A stretch of DNA of 61,032 bases, the filler included, from Sphacelaria rigidula (lineage: Eukaryota), in NCBI GenBank assembly GCA_964200075.2. It is 9 parts of 9 records of this genome, joined end to end, with 100 filler letters (N's around TTAATTAATTAA, not from the genome) between each part and the next. Parts side by side here need not be neighbours in the genome. Positions count along the whole stretch, not along the records: positions 20,380 to 27,072 come from CAXNAA020018582.1; positions 27,173 to 33,864 come from CAXNAA020018583.1; positions 33,965 to 40,656 come from CAXNAA020018584.1; 6 more parts are not named here. The stretch is one strand, 5' to 3'. Each line of letters opens with the position of its first letter. The first letter of the stretch is position 1. Positions 27,072 through 40,140 of this stretch are shown here, piece by piece. Under the pieces are notes generated by a model. It ran no database searches. It was not told the origin of the DNA and was given only the letters and a program-made list of their open reading frames with translations. The translations under genes were made by a program, and so were the position numbers.

Positions 27072-28165
27072 ANNNNNNNNNNNNNNNNNNNNNNNNNNNN
27101 NNNNNNNNNNNNNNNNTTAATTAATTAANNNNNNNNNNNNNNNNNNNNNNNNNNNNNNNNNNNNNNNNNNNNTGTTCGACATTGCTATCAGGAGAGCCCC
27201 GAAGATGTCGAAGGGCACAAACATTTTCAGGGCTGCCGAGCGTTGCTCATCTCGCCGCGCCGCAAATGAAAAAACGAGAGGAAAATACAAGTCGATCGTG
27301 GGAAACTGACATTTTTTTGGCAACTTGACCGTCTGTTATTGAAAATACAAGCTTGGCCAAAAACGAAACCATGACCTACGGGAAACGCAAAGGTGCTCTG
27401 GAACCATCTCAGCGAGTAGAGCAAGTCATCCCAAGGTGTCTACAGCCGCCTAGCCCTCGTTTCGGGGGAAAAACGACGGAGAAGGACCAAAAATGCACTT
27501 GTCAATAAGTTGTACTTATTGATACATAGGAAGTAGCCTAAGAGGGGGGGAAAGTTGACTTCCGAGGGTGAAAAAAATTCTCCGCGTACGCAAGTTTTGC
27601 ACTATTCCACGTGCCTGGGGTGCAACGCTAAAAACAAAGTCCGAAGATTGATCCGTTACACTGAGAGCAAGTCATTTTCAGGCGAATCATCATAGCTTGT
27701 CCGACTCTTGGAACCTCTACACAGCCCCAACCTTTCAACTCAAGGAAATAAACGCAACATCCTCTCCCGCCCCCGTTCCCTCCGAATGAATGAAGAGTAT
27801 GCGTGTACTCGCGAAGAAGAAGTTAGACCGGTCCCGGTCACCGAAGCTTCAAATGGGTTCAAGTCTCCTAGGGCGCAGGTTGTCGGAGAAATCATGACAT
27901 CTCGCTTCCAAATACATACAAAAATTAGACGACTCTACTGCGTTGTACAGTAGTCAAATCGTTTTGTACCGTAAAATAACTTCTTCATAATATTGCTCTG
28001 TACTGTCCGCAATAATCTTGTAGTGCAAGGTCGCCTACTCACACGCATTTCCAAAAATGAACAGCGATAATCAGAAGCACTCACGACGACATGCAAGAAG
28101 AGCAAAAAAAGAGAGGCATGGAACGGAACAAAAGAGAACAATGAGTGAAAAAAAAAAAAACTTAC

Positions 28166-31100
28166 CCGAGTCAAACACCACGTCTTGATCGGGCTATCGC
28201 ATGCCGACCCCACACCGACACCACCACCGTGCTTGGAAGCCATGTCCATCCTGTGGTATGGTAAGCGATCCAGCCCGTTCACCCGGCTAACACCTCCACT
28301 CCACCTTTCCCATCCCGATATGCCGCCGCCGCTCACGCCTGCGGTGATGATCGGGTCCCTGCCAGTACTCCCGGGCCCGCTTCCCACTACAGAGGAGGCG
28401 GTGGACGCCGATGAGGAAGGCATAGCCTCGACTTCGTGCGGCAGGAGGGGCTGCCCTCCGGAATCCGTGTCGGATCGGGAATCATCTCCACCACCATAGA
28501 TGTGGAGGTGCTCGTTTTCTACTCGGAGGAACCCCCACATTGTCCTGGGGGGTTATTTTGTGCGTGTGTATGGGTGGCGGGGGGAGGGGGGAAGGGGAGG
28601 GATCTGGATTATGAATTGTGGTGAACACATAGAATCAATTCGTCCCTCACATTAATTTGCCTGTATGTTTGTTGCTTGGGATGCATGCACCGCAGTCACT
28701 CTTCATGCGCCGCGTAGCAGCGGCGCGCGCAGTCGATATGCTTTCCTCTTCTACAGCCAAAGAACAACAATGGCAGAACGAACAAGTGGCTCTTGTCCGT
28801 ACGGCACGGGCACTGGGAGGCGACAACCGGCATACCCGAGGCAGTTTCTTCCACCGAGAAATGGGCAACAGGCTATCTAGACCGGAAAACACGAAAACGA
28901 TATATCAAGGCAACGGAGGTGCGAAATTTTGACATGAACTGCCTCGTTTTGCATATACAAACTGCCGTTCCATGTCGGCAACGAGCAGCCCCCCAAAATT
29001 CAACCACAACTCTCAAAATCTATTTCCACTCGAAACCCATTCTCTCCAAAAATGTACAGACACGTGCATGTCGGCTTTCACAGCCGAACCACATATTTCC
29101 GGTCCAGCTATTCCCCGCCATCAAGCCAACTCTTCATACCATCGATCACAAATAGAGTCGATTTCTGGCACATATCTGAACATACCGCAATCGTTACTCG
29201 AGTCGCCCCCCTGCTCCCCCCCCTCCCTACCTACACTCCATCCCCGTCCCCGCTCCCGCGACTTCTCACCTTCGCATTATCTCCGCGGCAGCAATAGTAA
29301 GATTGAGGTAGTTCTGCACCGGCTTGGTAAACCACACGTTGTCTTCCGGTATCAAAGTCGTAGTCCACAGGAAGCGAAGCACGAGGTTGACCAAGGCCAC
29401 CGTGACGTAAATCCATTTCCGTCGGTACAGAAGGCAGGGTCGCAGCCGCAGCGACCGTCCATCCCTATGTTCGTGTCGCGCATATGTTCATAATAAATAA
29501 TAACATGGAGTGGAACATCAAAGTAATGTATAGAAAAAGGTTGGGTTGGGGTTTGGATTATTGCTTTTTGAGAAAGGTTAAGACAATAATATGGGCGAGG
29601 AGGGTGGCCGCGGACCCCCTCGTCCCCCCCCCCCACATGCACAACAGCAACAAACAACAAAATTGCACACGGGAGGAAAAACAACAAGAAAAAATTGAGT
29701 GCGTGAAATTAAACATACTTCGTATGTAGAACCCATGCATACACGTACACGAAACACACACACTACAGTAGCATACTCATACAGAAAGACGTACTGTAAC
29801 ACCATCAACCAGACGGCGACGAATTCCAACTGAACAGTCAACAACCAAACCACCATTGTGCACGCTGCGATTTCCACCGATCGTTCGTCGGAGCACGACG
29901 GTGCTATTTCATTGATGGCGCGGTAAAAAAAAACATGGAAATTCCCCGATGAAACACAGCTATTTCGGCAGTGGGACGGGCTCCACCCCCTCTCACATGT
30001 GAGACTCGCAAGAAACAAATATGCTTTTCTCGAGGGAGAGGTCCCGCATGTATCCAGTGACCCTATCCAACCTCACATGGAGACGTAACGCGCGCGCGTT
30101 CGGCAATGGCTTGCCTTCTACAACGATCTCTGCAACTCACCACTTCAGCAAGTCCCAATCCATAAAGATATCCCACGTGTACTGGTACAGCGTGGCGATA
30201 ACGAAGCACAGCACCCACAGGGGGCTCTTGTGCATGGCGATGGGCTGGAAGGTGCCGAAAAGCGAAACGGACATTGCCGTCGCGTACTTGAGTGCGTTGC
30301 CTAGATGTGGCCATCTATTTTGTTTGAACGAAAAACGAAGAGGAAAAAAAAGGGGGGGGGGGTTAATGAACACATACAAACACTGGGAAAAGTGAAGAAA
30401 ATCATGGGACAAATGAAAAATGAGCATAAAAACACAAGAACCAGCCCCGTCCACTTTACCTTGATTTTCCGTATTCCAACAAAGTACAAGATAATACAGT
30501 TGCAATTCGAACAAAAACAATAGCAAATCTCGAACCTTGATGAACGACGGCCATGCTCTCAAAGAAAGAAAAAAAAAAAAAACGAATGCACCGAACGGGT
30601 GGGATAGTGGGAGAGGCACGGGGAAAAAAATATCTCACCGATTGTCGTGATATTGCACAGATCGGTGGATTTTTTTTGTTCATCGGAATGATCGATGCGG
30701 GGGCCCTTTCCAAACGGTTTACGCTCTGCAGACGTTTTCTTCTCTCTCAGGGTTCGTACCTTTGCCTGGTCTCGTACGATCTCCGGAGATTCTGCTGGAA
30801 ACGCCACCACAGAGGCGCCGCCGTCAGAAAAGGCACAATCACCATGCTGTACCCGGTCCAATCCTGACGTATATATTTTTTGGTTCGTTGATTTATTAAT
30901 ATTAGATATTTTACGAACGAAGCGAAAAACGTATGCAACACTCAGAAGGATCTGCGATCAGAGTCACGACGTGTCGAACGCCAACACACTGAAACCCTAC
31001 CGGAATGAGAGACAAGGAAGACCAGTGGCAGGTGGCGGGAGGGGCGGAGCAACGCTCGAATCATCAATCCAAAACAACATGTATTCGTGCTCCTTTTATA

Positions 31101-32409
31101 TCCTCGTGCGTAGCCGACTTGCACCAGATCGGCACGATCAAACCTCGGAAAGATACAGCTACTCCCCCTTACTGGCCGCACCCCCCTCTTCCCCCCCGCA
31201 CCGCTGCTCTGTCTCGCTGCCCCTCTCTTGCCTCCCTCCATCTGTTTTACCGCCTCACGGTTCTCTCGGACGCCAAAAACTTCATCTCGAGTCGAATCGA
31301 GATCGAATTGCTTTTGAGGAAAGCTCACCTAGAATATACTTCCCCCCCTCCCCCAAACAGAATCCAATCGGATGGAGTATGACGCCAGCTTGCCAAGCAT
31401 ACAATGGAGACCGCACCTTTACAGAGTCGACGGATGGAGAGAAAGTCGGGTCCGACGTCGTAAGCCAGCCCCCCTTCACAAGGGAGGTGAAGTACACTAT
31501 GGAGAACGCAACGTCGATCATAACCTTCACCACGCTGCCAGGGACAACCGTCGCGAGCACAGGACCATCCATCGCATCACCACGGAAAGAGAAAAAAAAA
31601 AGAGGAGCAAAAAACACCAGGAAAGATTCCAAGGTCGAAAACGTATGAAGAAATAAGGACGGACGACGAGCACACAAGACGTTCGTGACACGGACTACTA
31701 TTACAGAGCATACGCACGAGAAACATCACTTCCATCACACTGGACCGTGTCTTGAACCCTATCATAGATAGTTTCCCCGCTCTCGTACTTATCCAAACCC
31801 CCAACCCTGTAGGGGAGATCCGGATTGTGAGCAAAGGGTCCACACGACAACGCAGGCACGGTTCCTTCAACCATGGGATCCTGGTGGCAGGCTGTGACGA
31901 CGATACGATACAATGCATCACCTGTGCCACCACGTATAATCCAGCCACAGATCCACGGTTCGGACGACTCATCGTCGGTTCAAATCACCAAATCCACGAT
32001 TTTTCAGACCCGACTGCTCGAAAGAGAGGAAAAAAGTTGGCCATTGGTGGGGGAAAAAAGTCCACGCAACTTTTGCGTCATTCCACATGCCTGGGGTGTG
32101 TGCGCGTACCTGGGTTGCAACGCTGAAAACAAAAGCCTGAGGATTGATTCGTGTAGTACGAATCAACGACACTAACATCAAGTAATTCGCAGACAAATCA
32201 TTGATTCGTACGGTACGAATCAGTCACACCAAAACCAAGTAACTCACAGACGAATCTTTAATTCGTCCGACCCTTGCATTGATCAACCTGCATACGCACC
32301 TCGTGAGGATATCGCCCACGTAGCCCTCGAGGAAGCGTACCTTGCCAAACGGGGATATTACCACCGTCCAAATGACCCGCAGCAGGGGTTTTCGCTCGGA
32401 CCAAGGGTT
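28166..32409 (-). CDS. EXS-domain membrane protein (XPR1/SYG1/PHO1/ERD1 family), partial
   Basis: Phase-compatible GT-AG exons: 32409-32300 (SPFGKVRFLEGYVGDILTS), 31534-31417 (VVKVMIDVAF), 30863-30760 (PLWWRFQQNLRR), 30314-30141 (WPHLGNALKY..LYQYTWDIFMDWDL), 29464-29270 (LRPCLLY..NLVLRFLW..EIMRR), 28544-28166 (TMWGFLRVENEHL). These are the canonical EXS motifs. Confidence 0.93.
31954..32276 (+). mobile_element. hAT-type MITE in an EXS intron
   Basis: TIRs CACGGTTCGGACGA / CAAGGGTCGGACGA; 8-bp TSD CACAGATC/CATTGATC; internal ~57-bp tandem duplication. Relatives at 56902-57156 and ~27585-27710. Confidence 0.8.
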
Positions 32410-33092
32410 CTGTTCCACACAGAAAAAAAAAAAAACACCAGATCGCGTCGGGGTGAAGAGGCGCGAGAAAATGGGAGCGGGGCGCACGTGAGCTACGTGA
32501 CAGTCGGGATGTGTCGTACGTCGTATGTAGAGTTTTGGGGTTCAAAGGGGCCAAATAGACGATGACAATCTTTTCCGTAGTCTCTCCTCGTTTTTTGTCA
32601 CTGATTATCGTGGGAACTATTCTTCTTTATATTTTTTCGTGTTTAGCTTGTATCGCGTTTTGTGAGTTTTAATCTGTTTTTATTTTTTTTATTTTGCTAG
32701 CCTGTGACCACGGAAGTCGTCCGCATCAGATGCCCAGTACGAATGTACCGCGCAGATATCGGAACGGTTTTTTAATGTGAAGACAACAAAACAGACAGGC
32801 TCGCACACCCATTCTGTCTGCAGGAATCCTATTTTAAGTGGGATAAACACGCGGATGCTCTGCTATTCGTCTCTCGTTGTTTTCGTATTTCGTTGTTGTA
32901 ACCGCTAGACACTTGTGGGAGCTCCTCGTGTGTATTTTGTTATATATTACTCGCTTCACCATACAGAGTACAGCACATGCGTGACCCGTACTAAATCACA
33001 TTTGTGGATGTTTGAGTCTGTGCGTGCTGCATTCTGAGTCCTGCAGACAATATTCCAGGGCTGTAGGTCAACATGAAATTACGTACTTGTAG

Positions 33093-33709
33093 ACGCCGTG
33101 CGAAGAAAATCTGTATACAAGGATCAGTGTCGGACAGCTAGCTGCACAAATCGTCAATAATAAAGCCGAGCGCTGCGCACAGCAAGCGGCACGCGGGCGA
33201 CGTACCTTGGCGTCTGCGCTTGTTAGCGGGCTGTATCGGGGGTGAGAAGAGACGATGCGAGACAGAGAGAATGGAGCGGAGATTATGTATCCATATCGAT
33301 GTGGTATTTCTTTCTATTAACACAGTCGATGTACACAATCGAAGTTAACATCTCCACTCTTGCAAGCAGATGTAGCAGAAGCAAGCACCCCGCGAGCGAC
33401 TCAGCTTCCATGCACATGCACATGCACACCCAACACAAAAATTGTCCCACAAATCCCTACCCCCCCCCCCGCGCCGATACTCCAAAACTCCTCCAAAATG
33501 CACCAACACAATGCACGCCACAGAAGCATGATGGAATATCAGTCGCATCGATTGCACGCCCACCAGTGGCAGTGCCCCGCATGTGGCCAGAGGAATTCCG
33601 CCGTAGCGTTCCCCCGATGCGAGCTGTGCGACAACGGGGTGGGTCCAGAAGGACAAGCTCTCGAGAAGATCTTTCAGGAAGCCGTCCGCGCGGCATTTCG
33701 AGCAATGAG
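33093..33709 (+). CDS. Two putative exons encoding a RanBP2-like zinc finger protein fragment
   Basis: AG|33093-33241|GT and AG|33524-33709|GT join in phase without stops: TPCEENLYTRISVGQLAAQIVNNKAERCAQQAARGRRTLASALVSGLYRG-SMMEYQSHRLHAHQWQCPACGQRNSAVAFPRCELCDNGVG... Confidence 0.55.
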
Positions 33710-33964
33710 GTTCGTGAGATTAGGCCTGGACGAGATATACAGTACATGTATGTCCCGTAGGTCAAGGTTTGAATCACCAGTATCCTACTGTAGTATACCC
33801 CCCCCCCCCCCTGGCTGTATGTCTCACCGCGGAGCACGGCAACGGCTTATCGGAAGCAGAAGGANNNNNNNNNNNNNNNNNNNNNNNNNNNNNNNNNNNN
33901 NNNNNNNNTTAATTAATTAANNNNNNNNNNNNNNNNNNNNNNNNNNNNNNNNNNNNNNNNNNNN

Positions 33965-34178
33965 TGGTCACACGGCGTCTGATGTTCGGGTTCAGGCTGC
34001 ATGAAGCGCCTCATATGGGCGACAATGGCGAGAACGAACCCAAGCGTGGGAATTCTCAGCTGCTCGTTGTGCTCGACTTTTGCATTTCGATTTACGAGAA
34101 GATTTTGCCTCCCCACACCAGGCACTTTTTGTTTTGTTTTCTGGGGGGGGGGGGGCGGGGGCTATCGTAGAAAGTGTC
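33965..34178 (+). mobile_element. MITE (GACACTTTCTACGRTAGCCCCC TIR family), left end cut by the scaffold boundary
   Basis: Colinear with 39500-39748; ends GGGGGCTATCGTAGAAAGTGTC. Confidence 0.85.
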
Positions 34179-35236
34179 GATTGATTTGTGCAAATGTTGA
34201 GTCAGGGACGAATCACGACTTTATTCGTCGGAACCTTGGAGACCTTACCTCATCTCAAAATAACGGGTTGGAATCTTACCGGCAACTGCACTAGTACTCG
34301 TTATCCCAAAACGGGGGATGAACACTGGAACAAGTACTGGCATAAACACTGGCATGAAGAATTTAGCGCAAGGGGGTAGTTGGCAGCAGTGGAATGGTCG
34401 GGGAGGCATGATATACGAGGAGCGTGTCGTCAGCACACTCGTAACCTAGAACGCAAAGTCGTCCACGGTAAACCCACGCTCCCGTGCCGCCGAATTCCAG
34501 TAGAGTGCCGTACAGGTAGTTGCAATCATGCATGGCCCCATATTGGTTCGAAAGGGCATGAACCTGCACTCACAATAAACCCCGTTGTATCTCACTACTA
34601 CACATGATCCCGACGAGATCCGTTTTTAAACAAGCAGCATGAATGTTCGGTCGCGCGTGACCCGCCACCGTTTTCGGCTTTTCGACATCGAAAATTGTTG
34701 TACACATACACACACATATGTATAGATCGAAGTAGTCGACTGAGTTTGTTTGACGTGAGTTGACGCGGTGCGGGAGTGCTGACCCAATCCGCGAGACCAA
34801 GATGGAAGTCGTGCACCGGGGTGAGATGGGTTGATCCCCTGAGACCACGGACTCGTCCCGAGGAAAGAGAGGGGTTCAACGTACGACAAAAATAATAAGA
34901 AACATAATAAGAAACATAATAATATATATATATAAATATATAAATACAGTACCCGTCATATTTCCAACCTCTCCACTTCTTCGCGACGAGTCTAAAGTCC
35001 CGTGGGGATCGATCCATATCTTCCCTGGTGCCCATGCATACACCTCACCCGCGAGTGATTGATTTTATTTTATTTGTCGCACTTTAACTGACCCCCCAGG
35101 AATTCAGCCGGAGAAAATAGAAGAAACAGAAAAGGTAGAACAGAACATATAACAGTAGACCAAGACGTGAAAAAAGAAAACAAACGAACAAACAAAAAAA
35201 TGGCCGGCCTCCTACCACATGGCTTCGGCGACTAGG

Positions 35237-35280
<44 letters not shown>

Positions 35281-35281
35281 C
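35237..35281 (+). repeat. (AAC)15 microsatellite
   Basis: Perfect trinucleotide run. Confidence 0.98.
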
Positions 35282-36034
35282 CGAAACGCATCAACCAAGG
35301 AGGGTGTTCCACACTGTCACCAGACGTACTCTAGGCTGTACGATCCGTACCTCCCCGGGGGCCAACGTACCATTGAATTCAAACAGTGTGCCTGGGTAAG
35401 CGTGCTTGATGCCACGCGCGAAGGCGAACTTGCATAGTCGAGCTCTGACACCCCCACCGTCCTACAGTACTGCAACAAAACTGACCCGGTCATCGAGCGG
35501 GGTTCTACATCTTCCTTTGGCGCCTTTGGCACAGTCTCCGCTCAGTCGTCAAAGAGGGCGAAGGGGGGGAGACGGGGGGGGGGGGGGGGGGGAGGGGTTA
35601 AGTACTTTGGTTTTAAGAAGTCTCCGCTACCCATTTGGACTTCCTGCGGGCGGGCAAGGTAACCAGCAGAGTACAGTATGCCCCATCTCGAATCACTTCA
35701 CCACGCCTTACCCCGAACACTGACTAGCTCGCCTAGCTTTGGAGTACTGACTGCTGACCCATGGGGTTCCGGATAGTAGATTCGATTACCATGGCAAGCC
35801 ATACATCACTGGGTGCACAGCGGGCGTCCTCGATCCTATCCCACAGCGACGTTGCACTCGATTTTGGGCCGTCGACGGTGAACAGCATGATATCATACCA
35901 GTGGAACGCACCATACCCGAGTAAAGTGTACAGTACTGTACCCCAATCCAATCGCATGACCACGGAATGGTCAACAAATCCATTCGAGCCCCAGCAAGCG
36001 CGCGTGCGTGGGGTGGGGTGGGGTTTTGAAGGTT

Positions 36035-36856
36035 GGGGGGGTGCACTTCTGATCTTGCATGCCGTAGTCATAGAACCATTGACTTCGCATCCCCACAAAG
36101 CCGGGACGGAGCACGCCAGGTTTTGCGCCGGACCAGGCTCGCACTCAATCACGAAGCGCGAAGCGCCGTGATGTATTCGGCGAGCCTATGAAGGGTGAGC
36201 TACATCCTGCTGAGATTGTTCGGCCCGAAGCGTACTGATTATCTTGCATTTGGATGACAGCCTCCAATGAGTTGCTTCATTTTCTGGTATCATCACTTCC
36301 AGAGACAGCCGCGGGTTATATATACACTGCCTTATGAGTGTCTCGCCATTTAAGCACTACGTGCAATAGTACGATCATCTCCTTTCAGCGGAGTTGAGGT
36401 CCTCCCACCCCGCACAATATGATTTATTAAAGCTCGACCACCATCATCGTTACCGCAACACAAAAAATGCAAGCGCGGAAAAAGAATGGGTAACCTGGTT
36501 GCCTAGCTTTCGCAGTGATTGACGTGTTTTACAGCGTCATCGCCAACCGACGCCAACCCCATAGGGGGTCCGCCCCTACAAAGCCGGGACTGAGCACGCC
36601 GGGTTTTCGCCGGACCAGGCTCGCAATCAATCACCAAGCGCGAAGCGCCGTGGTGTGTTCAGCGAGTCGCATGAAGGGTGAGCTGCATCCCGCTAAGGTT
36701 GTTGTTTGTTGTGTGGCCCGAGGCCTTCTGATTGTCTTGCATTTGGATGACAGCCAACAACGAGTTGCTTTATTCTGTGGTATCGCCACTTCCAGAGACA
36801 GCCACAGCTCACACACTGTCTCATGGGTGTCTCACCGTTTAAACACTACGTAGCAC
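36035..36856 (-). mobile_element. Two tandem RTEX-like LINE 3' fragments (family B)
   Basis: 36040-36400 and 36570-36856 are homologous. The minus strand ends ..WGCEVNGSMTTACK, then oligo-C. Confidence 0.75.
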
Positions 36857-36966
36857 GAAAGGGTTGGGGAGAGGGGGCGCTAAGGCCACACCTGAGAAAC
36901 ACGGATCTCGCTTTTCTTGTTTCCACGCTCTACTAGTAACGGCATCTCTCCACTGCAATTTGCTGG

Positions 36967-37091
36967 GTTGTAGGGGTTGAGGGAAGGGAGTACTCATTTG
37001 TTGCTTGCCTTCAGTATTTCACCATTGACCACGCATCCCTTTCAAGACGGAGCACCGTACTACTCCTAATAGAGCGGGGGGGGGAGGAGGA
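36967..37091 (-). mobile_element. Short RTEX-like family A tail flanked by a ~94-bp direct duplication
   Basis: Tail matches 9600-9690 and 57445-57530. Flanks 36873-36966 and 37092-37185 are diverged direct repeats. Confidence 0.75.
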
Positions 37092-37149
37092 GGGGACACT
37101 GAGGCCACAACTAAGAAATGCGGATCTCGGTTTTCTTGTTTCCACGCTC

Positions 37150-40140
37150 TACTAGTGACGGCATCTCACTACTGCAATTTGCTGGCGCCATGATTGCCCT
37201 GGTCAATACGTTCTTTTCCATCCCCCAAGGGAATCATATACATGGCGTACGTCAAACGGTACTGCGAATCACCCCGCGGACAAGGAACGTATTGACTACA
37301 TCCTCACACGGCAAGATCACCGCGGGCTTGATCGCAATGTCACCGTCCATCCATAACCCCCTAACTCGCCGAACTCTGAGCGCAACATCGTCTGCGCCTC
37401 AGTGCAGCTCCTTGGTCGCTTCGCACACAACAGACCTAGACGAATCCCAATTGAGCGTAAATCCGATCGACAGACGGGAAATAATTTGTGACCCTGACAG
37501 ACGTGAGCAACTCCCCCAGCTCATCATCAGCGAGCTCAAACAGAATATACCTGGCGATACAGTTAGTTCACTGGCGACGAACTTTGCCGACGCGCTCTTG
37601 AGTGCCGCTGAAAAGGTGGTACCCCGTCCGACCCGAGAGCCACGTATACCGGGGTGGTTCGAGGATGCTGTCATCCGAACGGAGTTCGAACAGGTCTGGA
37701 ATAAGAAGGAAATGGCGAGATAGACGGTGCGACTGGGACCATCACGAAATAAACCCGCATGACCCACTTTGCAAGCAGCGTGCAAAAAGGTGAAATAGGT
37801 GATCCAAGTTGGGGTGGACAAATTTTCGGATGTGCATGCTAGAGATTCGGGGGAGTATACTCGAGCGGGGGACATGAGAGGATGATACAGACATCTCAAC
37901 GGAGGGTGGGGGCTGTCTGGACGACCAATCGAGAGTGAGCAGTGCATTCGAGATGAGGACGGCAATACACTGCGGGACAAAGGTTTGATCAGTGAGAGAT
38001 GGGAGCGGTACTTCTCCACATTGCGGAACGCCATATCGGCAACTATCGACCGAACCGTCATCGAGAAGTTTGCACAACGACCGACAGCGCTGTCACCAGG
38101 AGACCCACGAAGGCCGAGTAAAACTGAGGAGGCTCTGAGAGCTATGTCGGACGCCAAAGCAACGGGTCTGAATGGTCTGCCTGGTGACATCCTTAAGCTT
38201 GGACTGGACGAGGAGGCGTCGGAGATTCTGTGTCACTTCCACAGCATCGTCTCTGCGGTTTGGACATCTGGCGAGGTGCCACAGGAATGGAAAGATGTCA
38301 CTGTCAAAGTGCTGCACAAAAAAGAAGACGAGTGTGGAAAGTAAAGGGACGCTTCATTTGTGTCACATGCTGCTAAAGTTCTCCCCAACATTGTCGCCAA
38401 CAGGCTCGGTAATCTTTGTGAGGAACGAGATGTCTTCTCGGAAGAGCAATGCGGATTCAGGCGCCAACAATCGACCACGGACATGATGTTCGTAGTACGC
38501 CGACTTCAGGAGTTGGGACGGGCGAGCAACGTCCCACTGAACGTGTGCTTTATCGATCTGCAAAAAGTCTGCGATTCCGTAGACCGCACGCTCCTGTGAG
38601 AAGTGCTTGCTCGGTTCGGAGTCCCGCCGTGAGTGATCGTGATCATATGTATGTTTCACGACGGCATGCGAGCTCGGGTACAGCTAGATGGTGACGAACT
38701 GCCAGCGTGGTTCCACGTCTGCCAGGGACTCGTACAAGGTTGTATTTTGTAACCGCTGTTGCTCAACATCTTCGGAGCAGCCTTGGTCGACGTGATCGTT
38801 CAGCGGTTCGCGGTGGACCCAGTCATCGTCTCTGACTCGATTTTTCTCGATGATGCGCCAAAAGGTGATGGTGATGAGCCCCTGGAAGAGACGCCGCTGG
38901 AAATTGTGCGACGCGCGGTGTGGGCAATGCTTTATGCGGACGACGCTGGCATAGACTCGAGGACTGCAGACGGCCTTGCTCGGATGATAGTCGTGATAAT
39001 GGTGACCTGTCAGGAAGTCGGCCTGACGGTCTCCGAGAGCAAGACAGAGTCCATGCGCCTTTGGTCAGTACCCAGTCCCACGGAGGCCGCCTTGCACATC
39101 AAAGTTGCCGGTCAACGGTATAAGCAGACGGGGAAGTTCGTCTACTTTGGTGATGCTTTCAGCGCGGACGCAAAAATGTCCATCGAAATCAACCGCCGTA
39201 TCAGCGCGGTGTGGGTGCGTATCTGAAAATATAGCTCCCGACTATGCGATCGACCCAACGCCCAGCTATCCTTCAAAGTCCGGCTGCTTAAAGCAGAGAT
39301 AGTAGAAGCTCTGGTGTTTCGATGTGCCACATGGACGTTACGTTCCGTTCTCAGGACTTCGACAGTCTGCGCACTGCCCATCACAAGCTCTTGCTGCGAG
39401 TGGTTGGACTCCGCGGGAAAGATCGAAATGGCTACAAGACTCTTTCGTACAGACCGATGCTCGAGATGAACAACTGCGAACGTGTCGAGACGAATATCCG
39501 ACAGTTTCTACGATAGCCCCCCCCCAAAACCAGCCCAAAAGTGTCACGAAAAAAAATGGCCGTGCAGCGCCTAATGTTTGGGTTCAGGCTGCATGAAGCG
39601 CCTCATGTTGGCGACATTGGCTAGAACGAACCCAAACGTGGGACTTCCCAGCTGCTTGTTGTGCCCGGCTTTTCCCATTTCGATTCACGTAAAGATTTTG
39701 CCTCCCAAAACTATGCACTTTCGGGGGGGGGCTACCGTAGAAAGTGTCATCCGCAAACGTCAACTCTGGTTCGCCGGGGGCATTTGCCTGGCAGGAGGAC
39801 ACACGCCTTCCTAGACGCATCATGAACGGACGGTTAGCCGCACGAGGGCCCAAGGAGGCTGGCCGCTCCCCCAAGCGATTGGAGGAAAACCTTCAGGGGA
39901 ACCTACGTGCACTACGGGCTGTTGGGCACAAAGGAGCACGACAGAAATGGTTGGTGCACGGTGTAGAGGTTAACGATGCATACGATTGGGTCACTGCGAC
40001 GAAGGACATGGGCTAATGGCATGTAGGAGTCGAAAAGGGAGCGGAAGAGTTTGAGGACACCTTGCGACGCGCGGACAAACGAGGATCGGGTCACCGTCAC
40101 AAGCGAGAGGTTGCTGCGTCGAGGGCCGCCAATCGAAGGA
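37150..40140 (+). mobile_element. Decayed 5'-truncated RTE-clade LINE (end of APE endonuclease plus RT)
   Basis: ALVNTFFS..IDYILTRQ (APE end); ERWERYFSTL; KATGLNGLP..VPQEWKD; EEQCGFR..STTDMMF..FIDLQK; GLVQGC; AMLYADDA; FVYFG; IRKRQLWFAG; RLPRRIMNG. Numerous stops and frameshifts. Confidence 0.95.
39500..39748 (+). mobile_element. 249-bp MITE with ~26-bp TIRs and 4-bp TSD (ATCC)
   Basis: GACAGTTTCTACGATAGCCCCCCCCC ... GGGGGGGGGCTACCGTAGAAAGTGTC; ATCC at 39496-39499 and 39749-39752. Excision restores RTE codons E-T-N-I-R-K-R-Q-L-W. Confidence 0.92.
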
